Below, piece by piece: positions 14,653 to 29,300 of a stretch of 64,000 nucleotides of DNA. The stretch comes from Octopus vulgaris (lineage: Eukaryota), in NCBI GenBank assembly GCA_951406725.2, contig OX597814.1, forward strand, positions 90,706,001 through 90,770,000. The letters run 5' to 3'. Below the pieces are notes generated by a model that was not told where the DNA came from, ran no database searches, and saw only the letters and a program-made list of their open reading frames with translations. How positions within the stretch are numbered: position 1 is the first letter of the stretch; each line of letters starts with the position of its first letter. The position numbers and the translations under genes are program-made.

Positions 14653-14656
<4 letters not shown>
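13389..14656 (-). mobile_element. Full-length mariner (DD34D) DNA transposon, 1268 bp, inactivated
   Basis: About 29-bp TIRs: CCAGGTCATCCCATAAGTTCTGTCCGAAT (13389) and AATCGTACGGAACTTATGGGATGACCTGA (14628-14656). TA on both sides. Confidence 0.95.
13464..14472 (-). pseudogene. Mariner transposase pseudogene
   Basis: N-terminal HTH (HLRHIMLCEYEKGNSAAEA..RTGRP) and catalytic region QDNVRPH..IPHPPYSRKLALSVYHLF (canonical HPPYSPDLAPSDYHLF; third Asp lost); split by frameshifts and stops. Confidence 0.92.
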
Positions 14657-14714
<58 letters not shown>

Positions 14715-14721
14715 TATATAT
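14657..14721. repeat. (TA)n microsatellite continuous with the mariner TA target site
   Basis: The run begins exactly at the TIR end. Confidence 0.9.
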
Positions 14722-15812
14722 ATTTCTGTCTAATAAAAGAGAGTGGTACCAATATGCAAAATGTTTGTTGTAAAGGATATGATTTTTTTTGTTGAAACCA
14801 AATCTATGAGTTTGTCTAGTTAATCGAGTTTCAGAAAACATTCAGCATTTTATATAGAAGTAATCATAAAGTAACTTACCACCACCACCACCACCAGTCT
14901 CACCACTGCCTATAGATATTTTTACTTTTGGTCATTTAGCTATTGGCTAAAACAAATGGCTTTCTCAAATTTAAACGTAGGTTCCCTAACTGTTCACACA
15001 CTCACGTACTCATTCGTCAAGACATACGCTCATTTAAACTTTTTAAGGGTAATACGTTTAAAAAGTCAACATAATTCTAAAGATATATAATCCCCCCCAC
15101 ACACACACACGTAAGCGCGCACGCACACATAAACACACACACATGCGCCCACCCTCACATACTAAGCGCGCGCACACACAGAGAATCTATCGCCCGAAGT
15201 AAAATTCAATTAAAAAGATATTTTCTTAAAAAACTATCCCTCGTTAAAATCACTCAGCCGTAAACACCACCATGCATAAGAGATATCGATAATATACGCA
15301 CGATTAATCACTTTTTCGAAAAACATTAATCAAAAACCTTTATTTAGAATTACACACATGAACAAGAAAACAATATCAAAAACCATAACAGTCCCCTACA
15401 TACGTTTGCACCATATACGAATATCACACCACAGAAATAACATATAAAACCGGGGAAAATACGAAAAATGTAACCAAAGAGCAAACACAGTAACGAGACC
15501 ACTCATACACCAGTGGATATATACAAGATAATTCCTGAGTTGTTATTCTTTCCTAGAGTTTGCAGTGGCGTGAAGCACAGGTTGCGAGACAAAAACCCAG
15601 GCTAAGTTCCATTAAAAAGTCCTTAGATTTGTATGTATTGTATGTATGTATTGTATGTATGTATGTAGTACATGGGAGTACATTTTGTAAACAAATTTTG
15701 GAAGCGCCAAATCTGTTGCTATTTTACACACAAGAAAATAAATTTTGAAGGCAGAGAAAATTTGAGTATTTTCCCTTAGAAGAAAGAAAATGGTTGCCAG
15801 CTTGTATGTGTA

Positions 15813-15856
<44 letters not shown>

Positions 15857-16400
15857 TGTGTGTGTGTGTGTGCGTGTGTGTTTGTGCGTTTGTTTGTACA
15901 TATGAATCTGTTTTTGTGTGTGTTTGGATCTATATATTTCCATACACATACACATGCTAAGAATAATGTAACAGTATTCAATTCATTGTAAAATCTGAAA
16001 AACAATGTGCTGAGCATGTGACAAAAACTAATGAAAACCAATAAATCATTAATATATAATACATTCAAGCAAAATTGAAAATATTTTATTCAAGAACTAG
16101 ATGTAAAGCATTAGAATCTTCCCTCATAAATAATGTCGTAAACTAAAATAAATACATACTCTTTCATTTTATATATGAATTTATATCCTTTACGGGTAAG
16201 ACAGAAAGTGCCACTCATAAATAATATTTATTTTAGAAGGAATTATGAAAAGACATTTGTATTATAACTTATACCGCAAACACGCAAAAAAAAACCTATG
16301 AAAACTCTCCGGTAGCCAAGTGACTTAAGTGAAATTTAAACCTAGAAATATGCTTTACCTAGTTACATATGTCGCTACTTTATAGCGACAGCAATATTAA

Positions 16401-16456
<56 letters not shown>

Positions 16457-16475
16457 GATCTATCTATCTATCTAT
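16401..16475. repeat. (TATC)n microsatellite flanked by two stem-loops
   Basis: Visible repeat; hairpins at about 16370-16390 and 16519-16557. Confidence 0.85.
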
Positions 16476-17029
16476 AACTTACACGGTGTATTTTATAAAT
16501 ATGCCTCTTCAAGTATCATAAATACACAACCGAGTAGCTATCTCGGTTGTGTATTTAATTTGGTATATATATATATATATATGATTGTTCTGGTTGCACT
16601 AAGACAGGTTCGTATAGCTTTAATAATATTTACGTATAATTCTTTGCATGATAAAAATATTTCTAATCAGAAATATCATTATCTAGAATAGTAGGCACGC
16701 AAAATATTGTGCAGTATAAGTGGTATAACGCTAATTGTCAGCTAATAAATTAAACATATATGGGTGCCATTTACCAAAAAAAAATTCAATAGGTTTTCAT
16801 TTGTGCAGATAAAAAATGAAAACGCACGCACAATCAGAAATAAACATTTATTTCTAGTTTTCTATGTGCAGGTTTGAAGATAGGGATTTCTACGATAGAA
16901 GTGATCTCTGTTCATGACATGTATTTTACTTTATTTTTTCTGAAAAGTTGAAGAATTAAGTTGATTTCAGGGAAATTTTAATCCAATAATAGATATGAAG
17001 ATGATACAATAATGACATAAAAAATAGAG

Positions 17030-17074
17030 TTACTACTACTACTACTACAACTACCACCACCACCACTACTACTG

Positions 17075-17109
<35 letters not shown>

Positions 17110-17165
17110 GCTGCTGCTGCTAAGACTACTACCACCACCACCACTACAACCACAACCACCACCAT

Positions 17166-17225
<60 letters not shown>

Positions 17226-17241
17226 CACCACCACCACCACC

Positions 17242-17323
<82 letters not shown>

Positions 17324-17325
17324 AC
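17030..17325. repeat. Compound (CTA)n/(CCA)n/(CTG)n trinucleotide array
   Basis: Directly visible; source of the poly-V and poly-S/G ORFs. Confidence 0.95.
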
Positions 17326-17933
17326 CATTCAGGTGGTGGTTCTAGGAGATAGGTATCTTCAGTCTTTTCAACCTCATCCACTACCCTACCTCTTTCCCAA
17401 TTTTTAATGTTGTACTAGTAGGGATAACGATGGAATTGGTAGTTGCCGTGCTCGAACCATTATCGATGCCGCTGTTAGACGATGTCTCACATATTACAGG
17501 AAATTCAGCTTCATAATTAGAATTACAATACCGTGCCCTATTGTCGGTGTCATTGTTATTGCTGCTGTTTGAGGCCGTATTGGTAGTTTGGCCAACTTAC
17601 CTTCCATCTGAATGTACAAGGCGAAGGCCCCTGAGGCTTGCAACTCACTATCACAATCACCTCTTATTTCCTCATCCATATCTTTTAACAAGCCTTGTGT
17701 CTCCTTGTACGTTTATAAAATTAATTTTGCCAGAACAAATTGAAAGTCTTCTTTCTGAAATTGTCCTCTCATAAGGATACAAACGAGCAAACAAACTAGA
17801 CTATGCAATACTGGTACTTCTAACAAGCGGTATGTAACAAAATAAACAATAAACAACTTTTGGAGACAAAAATTAAAGGAAAAATCCCAGAAGCAAAAAT
17901 GTCATGCATTCCGCTAATAATAATAAAAATAAC

Positions 17934-17968
<35 letters not shown>

Positions 17969-17970
<2 letters not shown>

Positions 17971-19331
17971 GATGCAATGCAGTGTTAGCTATGAAGACCA
18001 GAAAAATGTTGTGAGAGTAGACGAAACCGTTCACCCTAATCGAGACACAGAGAGGCTGTACTTGTCTACAAGAAAGGGTAGGAAATACCCATGTTTCCAA
18101 AGGCGGCGAACTGGCAGATACGTTAGCACGCCGGGCGAAATGTTTAGCGGTGTTTTGTCTGCTGTTGCGTTCTGAGTTCAAACTCTGCCGCGGTCGACTT
18201 TGCTTTTCATTCTTTCGATAAATTAAGTACCAGTTACGCACTGGGGTCGATGTAGTCGACTTAATCCCTTTATCTATACTTGTTTGTCCCCTCTATGTTT
18301 ATCCCCTTGTGGGCAATAAAGAAATAAGTAAGGGCGGGAGAGGTTTGATCAGTTGCCAGGACTGTATCGATGAAAAAGAAAAATGCGTAAGGTGGTATAT
18401 AAAAAAATGCCGTGGAGCCTTTGATGAAATATACACAGAAGGCCGGCATTTTCAAAACTGAAAATTTTGTAATAAAAAAAATTATAGGAGAAATGAACAC
18501 GCACAAAAAAAAAGAAGAAAAACACTGAAGGAAAAATAAATGTACGGTCAGTCTGCAAGAGATGTGGATGAGGAGGAGTGACCTGAAGATACAGACAGAA
18601 GCACTTATATGCACAGTTCATGTATGAGCATTCAGGACCAATTATGTGAAGTGCAGAAAAGACAACTCTGTCGACAGCGACAAATGTGTGGTGAGAGGGG
18701 AGAAACGGTATGGCACATCGTTAGCGAAAGCCCAAAATTGACACAACGCGATTACAAAAGGCACCATAGCAATATGGCAAGAATGGTCCATTGGAAGATC
18801 TGTGGAAATTACGGCCTACAAAGAGCAAAGACGTGGTGTGAGATAAACCAAGAAATAGTCATCAAGAATGAGAATGGCAAAATCCTTTTCGATGCAGAGA
18901 TTCAGTGCGATCATCTGACCAGCCATCGGAAATTAAAAAAAAAAGCCATCGGAAATAAAACAAAAGAAAAGAACATGATAATTGACATACCAATCCACGA
19001 TGACAACAGGATCAATGTGAAAGAATAACAAATACACAAGTATGACGATTTGAAGTTGGAAATACGAAGGTTGTGTTCAATGAAAAGAGTCCACTTGATA
19101 CAAATAGTAATTGGCGAACTCGGAACAATCAGCATGCAACTACCAGCTGGGCTGAAAAGTATTGGTGCAAGTGTGAAGGAAGATCACCTACAAAAATCAG
19201 CATTGCTTGGAAGTGCAAGAAATCTTCGCAGGGTTCTTGAAGCATGACCAGTAAACAAGTGTCAGCTTAGTCTGCTGGGTGTGAACAGCTGAGACTTCCA
19301 ATCATACCCAGCAAAATAAGTTTTCATCACG
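17969..19331 (+). mobile_element. R4/Dong-clade non-LTR retrotransposon, 5'-truncated and decayed, interrupted by a SINE
   Basis: Follows (TAA)n. HPNRDTERLYL..[SINE]..GGRGLISCQDC; zinc-knuckle/RLE region ETVWHIVSESPKLTQRDYKRHH..IIDIPI..KYDDLKLEIRRL..IVIGELG..LQKSALLGSARNLRRVL*. Followed by (CTA)n(TAA)n. Confidence 0.85.
18100..18328 (+). mobile_element. tRNA-derived SINE family B nested in an R4/Dong copy
   Basis: Head AAGGCGGCGAACTGGCAGA..GAGTTCAAACTC (B-box-like), body AAGTACCAGTTACGCACTGGGGTCGATGT; the R4 reading resumes after it. Confidence 0.85.
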
Positions 19332-19586
<255 letters not shown>

Positions 19587-20800
19587 CATCGGTAGAATGG
19601 GATAAAGGAACCTGTGCAAAACTTGCTTACCTTTAGTTTTGAAGCTGTTAACAGGAATGCTTTCAGAAAGCATTTACGAGCACTTCGACAACCAGAATTT
19701 ACTATCAGAAGAACAAAAATGTTGCAGGATGAAGGTTAGAGGAGCGCATGATCTATTATACATAGATAAAGCAGTTCTAAATGAAGTAAAAGCTAGAAAA
19801 CAAATCTAACAATATCATGGATAGATTATAGTAAATCATATGACATAATCTCACACTCATGGATAAGTGAAAGTCCGAGTATATTCAGTATAACCGACAA
19901 CGTAAGAGAATTAATTAGCTTTAGCATGAAGAAATGGAAACTAAAACTCTACTCAGGTGACACACTCTTAGGGAAAGTTGATATCAAAATAGGAATTTTC
20001 AAGGGGACTTGTTGTCCCCTTTAATATTTGCCTTGTGTTTGATCCCCTCCTGTTTACTATCAAGGGCAGCAAAGCCTGGCTATCAGTTCAGAAATACTCA
20101 TGAAAAAATTAACCGTTTGCTCTACATGGATGATCTGAAGCGTTTTAAGAAGAATGAAAAAGAGACATATTACTTAAAACAGACTGTAAGACTCTTCAGC
20201 AAAGATATAGGAATGGAATTTGTCATAGATAAGTGTGAAATATAAGTCATGAGAAGAGGACAGGTAGTCAACAGCGAGAGCATCCAATTATCAGAAGGCC
20301 AGACATTAAAATCATAGAAAGTAGGAGAGAATTATAAGTATCTAGGTGTATTAGAATCTGATAAAGTACTAACTACAAAAACGAAAACGAAAATTGAGGA
20401 GTACATCAGAAGGGTGAGGAAGCTAATGAAGTCAAATCTAAATGGTCCGCATTTAGTGAAGGCTGCAAATACTTGGACAGTATCATTACCTAGATACTCA
20501 TCAGCTTTTGATGCTTGGACAAAAACTGAATTAGCAAAGCTAGACAGAAAAACTAGGAGGAAACTCAATATGAATGGAGGACTCCACCGAAAGGCAGGAG
20601 TAGCAAGATTTTACTTACCTTGAAAGGAAGGCGTATGAGGTTTAATATCAGCTGAAAGCTGTGTAGAGTTAGCTAGAGTAGATAGAGATTCCTATGTAGG
20701 TAATAGTGAAGAAAGTTTATTAAAAGCTGCTAGAGTCACAGCCAGGCATAAATAAACTTACTGCTGGGCGTCCTAAAATAATCAAGCGCTTAAAGAGAAA
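19587..20800 (+). mobile_element. R4/Dong-clade RT fragment, decayed
   Basis: EEQKCCR..LLYIDKAVL..ISWIDYSKSYD..LSPLIFALCLIP..LLYMDDLK..YKYLGVLE..NMNGGLHRKAGVARFYLP; begins at the TAA array. Confidence 0.85.
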
Positions 20801-22584
20801 GCTGAACAAACGTTCACTACATAGTAGTGTTGTGTTGATGACTCTCTTGTCATAATCGCCAACTGAGGTTTCTGCAATTTATTGCTGAATAACCTGCACA
20901 GATGTATATACTGATCAAATGTATAAATTTTACATTAGCACATGTCCTCCGTCCTCTCGGCATCACCTGTACAGGTGCACCATGTCCCATACGTCAGATA
21001 TTGATGTGATCGAAGTGAGATGACATTTTTATGCTCACGAACATAGCACACCGCCACAGAATCGTAACTATAATCTTGCGATTGTGAGTGCAACACCCTA
21101 ATCATTCGGCAATGAGCTTTCACATTTAAGTTTTACATCTGTATTATATATCAATTCTATATTCAATGATCAGAAGCACTACAAGAGATCTGTATAACAG
21201 CAAACGCTAACAAATACAAAATGAAAAAAAATCATCGAACAAATACAAAATGAAAAAAAATCAAAGAAAATGACTGCACATAAAGTATATAAACAATATT
21301 CAAACAAAAACGATCTACAATCATTTGAAAGCATCCCATGAGAGCCCGCAACATACAAAACGTTTGACTCTTTAAAATAAAGAAAGCAACACAATAGGTA
21401 ACACTACACATATAATACGCGGCCCCTCCAAACGGCAACAATACTACATAAGCTACCACATTAGAAACAAAGATGCACAGAAAATCGAAAAATAATACAA
21501 CAGAACCACAATTGTAACTGATGAATGCCATAAAGTACTCATGGAAACCTACAAACAAATGCAAGAAATGAAGCGTTGCTTATATTCGATGCTCAAATCA
21601 TTTTATTTTCTGTACGGAAGCTCGTTTTGATATTTAAAAAAAATATAGTTTTTATTTGCCTATTTACACTGAGTATGTGTTCGTTTCGTATCCTAGTTTA
21701 TGAAGATGGTATTCAAACAATATATATGGCATATAAAAATCAGATACTAGTTAATATACATTAACAGTTATACTTTCAGATATAAAGTGGGGCGTTGTTT
21801 GCCACTTCGGAAGAAAGCAGAGTTAATGTTGTGCGGGGGAATAAAATAAGCATTAGAAATACAACAGAAACAGAGAACATAATAACAAGGAACTGCAAAC
21901 AATGCCAAAGAAATGTAAGTTTATTGTCCACCACGCTTCTGAGGTAAAGAATAAACAAAATTTATAAGGACAAGAAGGACTTCGTGCTGGGAATCAAAAC
22001 CCCGAAAACCAACATATTACGAACAAAGAAATCTGGATATATCCCAACAGACTCTGACTCACACAACAATTCGGCAAGAAATTATACTAAATTAAGATGC
22101 AAAAAATTACTTAACTCCGACTCGTGTAGATTATGGCAACAGAAAAGAAATTATATAGATTATGAAAAAAATATGATATCAGGTAAAATGGAGAGAGCTG
22201 CAAGCAAACGGAAAGTGTAAACAAATGCAATGGCCAAATTCTGCCAGAGGTCATGAATTAAAAGTCATGCGGCATCTTCCGCAAGGAGAAAATGAGAATC
22301 GAAATATTATTTCTTAAGGGTATTAAACTTATAATTTGTAATTTAGGCACTTGACCAGAAAATGGGGCGGGGGCAGTAGATACTGATTGATACTTTGATT
22401 TATCGCAACGGAAAGGATGAAAGACAAACTTAGCCCAGATAATATTTCAAAAGCATTATGGATAAATATATTCAGTATCATAAAATGCAGAACTCGTCAG
22501 AGGAAAACAAACAGTGGAGAATATATCATAGAAGTGAGAACATGGCGCACTATATAGTACACAAGGAACTTACCAACACATTAA

Positions 22585-24609
22585 CCCTTAGTCTACCACA
22601 GAATTACAGAATTACAGATCTTCATGGCAGTGAATGCAGACAACATTGGAATGTTCTTGGCAAATATGGATATTACAACTCTTACATGAAGTACGAGTTC
22701 TCCTGTCTTAGGGTGGGGTGGGGGGTACAAAAGGAACATCTTTCTTTTTTCTGTGGTCCTTTTTTCTTACCATCTTATCTAGGGTATCTACTCCTACTTT
22801 TCTGTAATGTAATAATTTCTGGTATCTTTTCAGCACTTTTTGCATCAATTGATGGCTTAGAGTGCATTGTACTCATAAGTGTGACTACATAATTTTTCTT
22901 GAGACAGTAAACTAGGATCATAGAATCTTTTTGAAATTCAAATGTTGTGCTGCTGATTTCTCCTTCTTTCCCACTTGTGAAAATACTTGGAAGTTCAACT
23001 CTTTTCTTTCTAATTGTTCCACCTAAATTAGTTTTCTTGCTAAGCAACGTTCGAGCCAATCCTAGACTGGTAAAAAAATTATCCCAAGTTATATTGCAAC
23101 CAGTATTTTCAAGTCCTTTTACTAGGTCCTCAACAACTCTTGAACGTTTATTTGTCTTTCTCCCTTTTCCTCGGTCTGTTCCAGAGTAGATTTGCATTTT
23201 CCAGACATAATGTGTTTCACTGTCACATACTGCCCAAATTTTAATTCCATATTTCCCTGGTTTTGAAGGAATATATACCCGGAATGAGGAGCGCCCTCTA
23301 AATGAAATTAATTGTTCATCAACTGTGATGCAAGAACTTGGAACATATACGTTTTGCGAATTCTGATTCCAGATTGCAAATACTTCTCTTATGGGCTCCA
23401 ATTTGTCATCACTTCTCTTTTTTCTTCTTTCAATGGCATCATCAAAACGTAATACTTGTAAAATCTGTTGAATACTCACCTGGCCCATAATTTTGTTGAA
23501 TATTAGGCGGCCATCTTCTTGATTCCATAACTGTGTGACATTTTCATGTTTAGATTTACAAATACCTGTAAGAATAATCAGTCCAATATAATTTCTTTAG
23601 TTCCGAGTCACCAAATGCCTTCTATTTATCTCTGTAAACAACCTGGCCTTCACCATTTGTCCATTTACGAATTACTTCCAGACGATTATGGCGCATAACG
23701 TTAGTAAAACATGTTTGAATGCTATCGCAAAACATTTTAGTAAAGCTGGATGATCCACATTCTTGATGCACAATATTGCAACATAAAGTTCTTACTGCTG
23801 CTTGGGAAAGAGGATTAGAATGCCAAACTTCTTGACTGTCTCTATAAACATATTGCACATTCAAAATTGGGTGGCTTGCAGATAATTGGTTTTGAATATC
23901 TTCATCAGCTAATGACAGAACGTAAACTCTCCAGCACACAATCACTTTTACCATCATCTTCAGCACAATAGAAGGAATCACTACTATCTTCTTCACATTC
24001 TTCATCTAATTCCAGTAAACTTTTCGATATTAGATATTCACTCAAGTTTTCACGTTTAGGCCTATTGGAAAGCACAACTGAACTATATGAAACTTGATAG
24101 AAAACTAAAGGCAGATATTACTTTCTCACATATTTATACTCTCCTGAAAGATGATGTAATATATTGTTAAAAATGCATAATCACATAGAAATATTGCATC
24201 ATCCTATAACCTAGTAGGCTGAAGGTGATGCAGTACCACACAATATTACAGGAATATTTTCATGATTTTTCCTAGTTTATCTAAAATTCATAAAATAAAT
24301 TGAATGCAATTTTATCTATTTTATATCTGATAAATATTCAGGAAAATAATATTTGATATTGCTTTTATTCTGTTTAGAATGACTGAAGTATTGTCTGAAT
24401 TTAATTCGGGGGTCCAATGTACCCATACGGTAATTAATGTATAAAGTCGAATTTTCTAGCATTTATAAACATACAGAAAATTTTCCATTTAACAAATAAA
24501 AGAGAGTCAAGTAAATATAAGAGTCACAAGAAATCAGCAGAATCAAATAATATAGACAGTAGGAAAAACAGCTAAAAAATTGTAATGGTAGACATTTGTA
24601 GACAAAAGG
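22585..24609 (-). mobile_element. piggyBac DNA transposon, about 2.0 kb, internally deleted
   Basis: TTAA at 22581-22584 and 24610-24613; short TIRs CCCTTAGTCTAC and GTAGACAAAAGG. Confidence 0.9.
22610..24090 (-). pseudogene. piggyBac (PGBD4-like) transposase pseudogene
   Basis: TVDEQLISFRGR..YIPSKPGKYGIKIW..DNFFTS..GTIRKKR, then GVDTLDKMV (frameshifted) and a C-terminal Cys-rich domain RCSFC..SCKSC..ICQEH..CIHC*; acidic N-terminus near 23900-24050. Confidence 0.9.
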
Positions 24610-25635
24610 TTAAGAATGGTCAGAAAATGGAAAGCGACTGCGACTGGAAACGACAACTGTTATTGCCGTTCATTATTTACATTATTTACAAAATTCTCAT
24701 CTCTTAAATACAGAACTGTGTTATTTCTGTTGCTATGGCTCTGTAGTGAGAGAAATTCTGCTAGATGCAATTTAGAAAACAAACTTAATAAGCAATACCA
24801 ACATATTTTAGTTGCGTACATCTATATACATAATTCTTTAGAAAATATTAAGATACTTCAAGAGGTAAAGGGAAAACCTCGCAAGAGATTTCTGAGGATA
24901 ACAACACTTAGCATAGCCTGGAATGAGTATATGAAGTCATTTAGAAATGACACGTTTGGTTACTAGTGACAGTCACCTTGAATAAAGCAGCACCAATACT
25001 AGCAATGTACATCAACCATGCCACGTAAAATGGAAAACAATTGTATCAGAAATAGTTAAAATGAAATATCAGTTAAGTTATATCTTTCGCCATGAGAAAA
25101 GCAATAATTTTCCTCCATACTTTCATCAACATGTCGGTTGAACGAAAACCTCGATCGTATTACATGCACTAGCTATAAACAAATCCCTCTTTGTAAAAGT
25201 AAACTACAAGGTAAAAATCCAGTTAGAAATCCTTATCAAAATGTTAGTATATTTAGTAAAAGCCTAAAGTGTGTATGACTGGAAACAAAAGTGTCAAAAG
25301 AACCATTAGAAGAGGTTAGATAACTAGAACTGACAGCATAAAATTATATAAGGGTACCGAAATTAGAAAACTGCTCCAAAGTTTCCTATATAAATCTTAG
25401 GAGTTCATGAAAACGATAGAAACTTTGACATGGCTCGTACAGTCAGATATGGCTTTAGTATTTTATTGTCTGTTATCGAGGTGTCGCAGCATTCCGTTTA
25501 GTATAACAAAAAACAAGTATACAGCAAAGCCAAACATTACATTTTACAAAACAAGACAATTCAATACCAACTTCAGAGTTCCAACAGATATAAGCTAATC
25601 GCAAACACAGCAGCAACTACAACAATTATGATAAA

Positions 25636-25854
25636 ATAATCCTTTCTACTAAAAGCACAAGAGCTGAAAATTTTTGGTTGGGGATTATTCGATTACATAA
25701 ACTCCAGTGCGTCACTGGTACTCAATTTATCTACCCTGAAAGAATAAAAAGCAAAATCGACCCCGTCAGAAATTGAACTCAGATCGTAAAGACGGACGAA
25801 GTACCTCTAAACATTTTGCTTGGAATGCAAACTATTCTGCAAGCTCTTCACCTT
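25636..25854 (-). mobile_element. SINE family B copy at the start of a TAA array
   Basis: Reverse-complement homology to 18100-18328 (ACTGGTACT..GCAAAATCGACC..GAACTCAG..TTCTGCAAGCTCTTCACCTT). Confidence 0.75.
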
Positions 25855-25872
25855 AATAATAGTAATGATGAC

Positions 25873-25910
<38 letters not shown>

Positions 25911-25943
25911 TAATAATAATGATAATAATAATAATAATAATTT

Positions 25944-26331
<388 letters not shown>

Positions 26332-26337
26332 CAATAA

Positions 26338-29300
26338 TGAAAGGAAGCGGGTGTAGCCGCCCCATGGACTGATTAATGATACATCTAATGATGGTGTCAC
26401 CATAAAAAAACACTAGTAATTGCGCAACCTGATAATCGTTACCTCATATGAGTGACAATGACAAAACAAAATATTGTGAATAACGGTGGTAATGGAACTG
26501 AAGCCAATGATGGTGACAGTGTTCCACTCGGCAGGCTCAGATATTATGGTCCGGCTCAAGCCTGACGACATCCAGAAAGGGACTACCACACATGGATTAA
26601 ATGGAGCATGCAAATTAATGCTGTGTTATAGGAGTGTTACTACCTGAGCAACCCGGTAGATGAAAATGGTGCTCAAATTAGGGGTTACCGACAATGTATA
26701 TATGATCATTGGAGAGAAAAAGGATGGTTCACATAAAAATCGTTGGCTCACAGAAGTAGAGCTCGAAACTATCAAAAGACGGGTCTTGGAAAATAGCAGC
26801 AGAGATAACGATGAATATACAGTTCTTACTAATAAGAGGAACCTCATAGCACAGGAAAGGAGCAGTGGTAGTTTATCTGATGAGAGACATATAGATGATC
26901 TAAAAGAAGGCAATAACACTAACGGCGTCATGACAGATGAACAAAAGGCAATCTACGAGAGAATAAAGGCAAGACTACAGGAAAACGATAGCGACATTAT
27001 TTGCAACCTTAAAAAGGTTGATCGATGGAAACTGAACAAAGAAATGACAAATGTCAATGAAATTCTGAAATATATCAGAACAAAAAACATGACAGAAACA
27101 AATAATTTGATTAAGGCAGCAAGAATTGTTGAAGCAGAAAACGTGGGTGTTGATATAAAGGAAAAAAAAACATAATGAGAGTGACAAAAGTAAAGATCCA
27201 TGCTGGAAAAGAAGAATCCAGGCAGAGGTAGACATGCCCTGGAAGGAAATCTCTGTGTTAGACCGAAAAGAGAAAGGGGCGCTTAAAAGCGAACAAAAAT
27301 CCTGGGCGCTGAAAAGGAAGTATAATATTGAAAGAAAGGCCTGAAAGTATTAGTGGAGGAAATGAAACAGCGCCTCGTTGCAAAGAAAGCAAAGATGGTA
27401 AGATACGACCAAAGAATGAAGGGTTACCACCAGAATAGATTATTAAAAGTAGATCAGAGGAGATTCTATAAAGAAATAAACGGATAGTGTACAGAGGAAA
27501 TGTTGATACCAGATAACAAAGAAAGACGAAGTTTTTGAAGTGACATCTGGAGCGAAGACAAGGAGCACAAGAAGGATGCTGAATGGTTACAGGAACTGAA
27601 ACAAACGGTAGGCTGTCCAAAACACACAGAACCAGTCATTTCAGATAGGGAAGTGAAGGAAATCAGCCAAATAATTAGCCAAATAATTAGCAACTGGAAT
27701 GCCCCGGATCAAAAGATTTGGTGAATATCATGCAACTCAAGACCTTGTTAAATGCGGTTCAAGTAATACCAGAGTAGTTGATATTGTGTAGGACAGTGCT
27801 GTGCTTGAAAAGCATCGAAAAAGGAAATACGGTTGACAATTACAGGCTGATATCCTGTTTTCCACATACGTGAAATTTATTGATTGGAATACTCGCAGAG
27901 TCAATGTAAGAAAATATAGAAAAATGAATTCCTGCCACATGAGCAGAAGGGTTGCAAGTGTAAGTGCAGAGGAACCAAGGGTCAACTGCTGATAGATAAA
28001 ACTGTATTCAGAGACTGCAAGGGGATGAAAAGTAACTTAGTCATGGATCGACTATCTATAAGGCGTACGATATGACCCCACATTCTTGGACTATGGAATG
28101 TATGAAGCTATTTGGTATTGCATCGAATGCTGAGCGATTGTTTCGAAAAAGTAAGTCGAATTGGAGGACGGACATGACAGCATATGAAAGAAGCGTAGGG
28201 ACAGTAGAAATTAGGAGGGGTATCTTCCAAGGGAACTGCCTGCCCGCACAGATTTTTGTACTTGATACCACTAACACTGATTCTGAGGAAATCAAAAGCT
28301 GGGTATGTATTCAAAAGCCGCCTAGAAAAGGCAACCATGTGTTGTTCATGGATGACCTCAAACTCAATGGTAATGATGAAGCCCTAGTTAGTTAACTCGT
28401 TGATACGTTGTATACTTTGGGTGCTGATATCAGAATGAAGTTCGGTCTGAGAAAGTGTGGTGTGTTAGCCTTGAAGAGAGGCAAAATCAAATGTATGGAC
28501 GGGCTAACGATACTGTCGTTGAGGTTATGAAGCAGATAGAAGAGACGGGCTATAAGTACTTGGGGATATTGGAAATGGATAAATTGATGGAAAAAGAATT
28601 GACAGTAATATTTAAGGTGGAGTACTTGTGCAGACTAAGACTGATCCTGAAGTTAAAATTAAACGGACGGAATAAAATCGAAGCTATCAACACCTGGGTG
28701 GTTTCACGCCTTTGATATGGAGCAGGGGTAATCGTATGGAAAATAGACGAACTAAACAGCTTAGACAGAAAGGCAAGGAAGTTGCTAACTAGATATGGGT
28801 CACTCCACAGAAAAAAGTGACACAAACAGACTGTATGCACCAAGAAAAAGATGGGGAAGAGGACTTATTGGATGCGAACACAGCATTAGAGCAGGCGAAA
28901 ACAGACAACGTAGTATGGTACGTAAAACATGCCACGGAACTGCTATTATTAGAAGTAAGAAGGTCAGGCTTGTGTAAGATGAAAGATTGCAAAGATAAAG
29001 CACTGTACAAGATATTGAAAACGAATGGAACTGATTATAGCTGGGTAAAGAAAAGAATGCCAGGACAATTTCATAGGGATGTTGAAGATACGACATACAA
29101 GAGGAAAAAGATGACTGTGAATGACTAAAAGTGATTTAAAACCAGAAACGGAGGCTCTAATCTGTGCTGCCCAAGAGCAAGCACTAAGAAGAATCTACAT
29201 AAAATACAGAGTAGACAACACATGAGAAAGTGATAAGTGCAGAATCTGCCGATAAAATGGTGAAATCTTATAACATATATTCAGCCAATGTTCGCCACTA

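Larger units (their letters stand above)
21800..25600 (+). mobile_element. Very old R4/Dong-like relic split by the piggyBac insertion
   Basis: Residual motifs TLSIAWNEYMKSF (cf. NLSIAWIDYKKA) near 24905 and an LGVHE-like motif (cf. YKYLGV) near 25400; boundaries uncertain. Confidence 0.4.
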
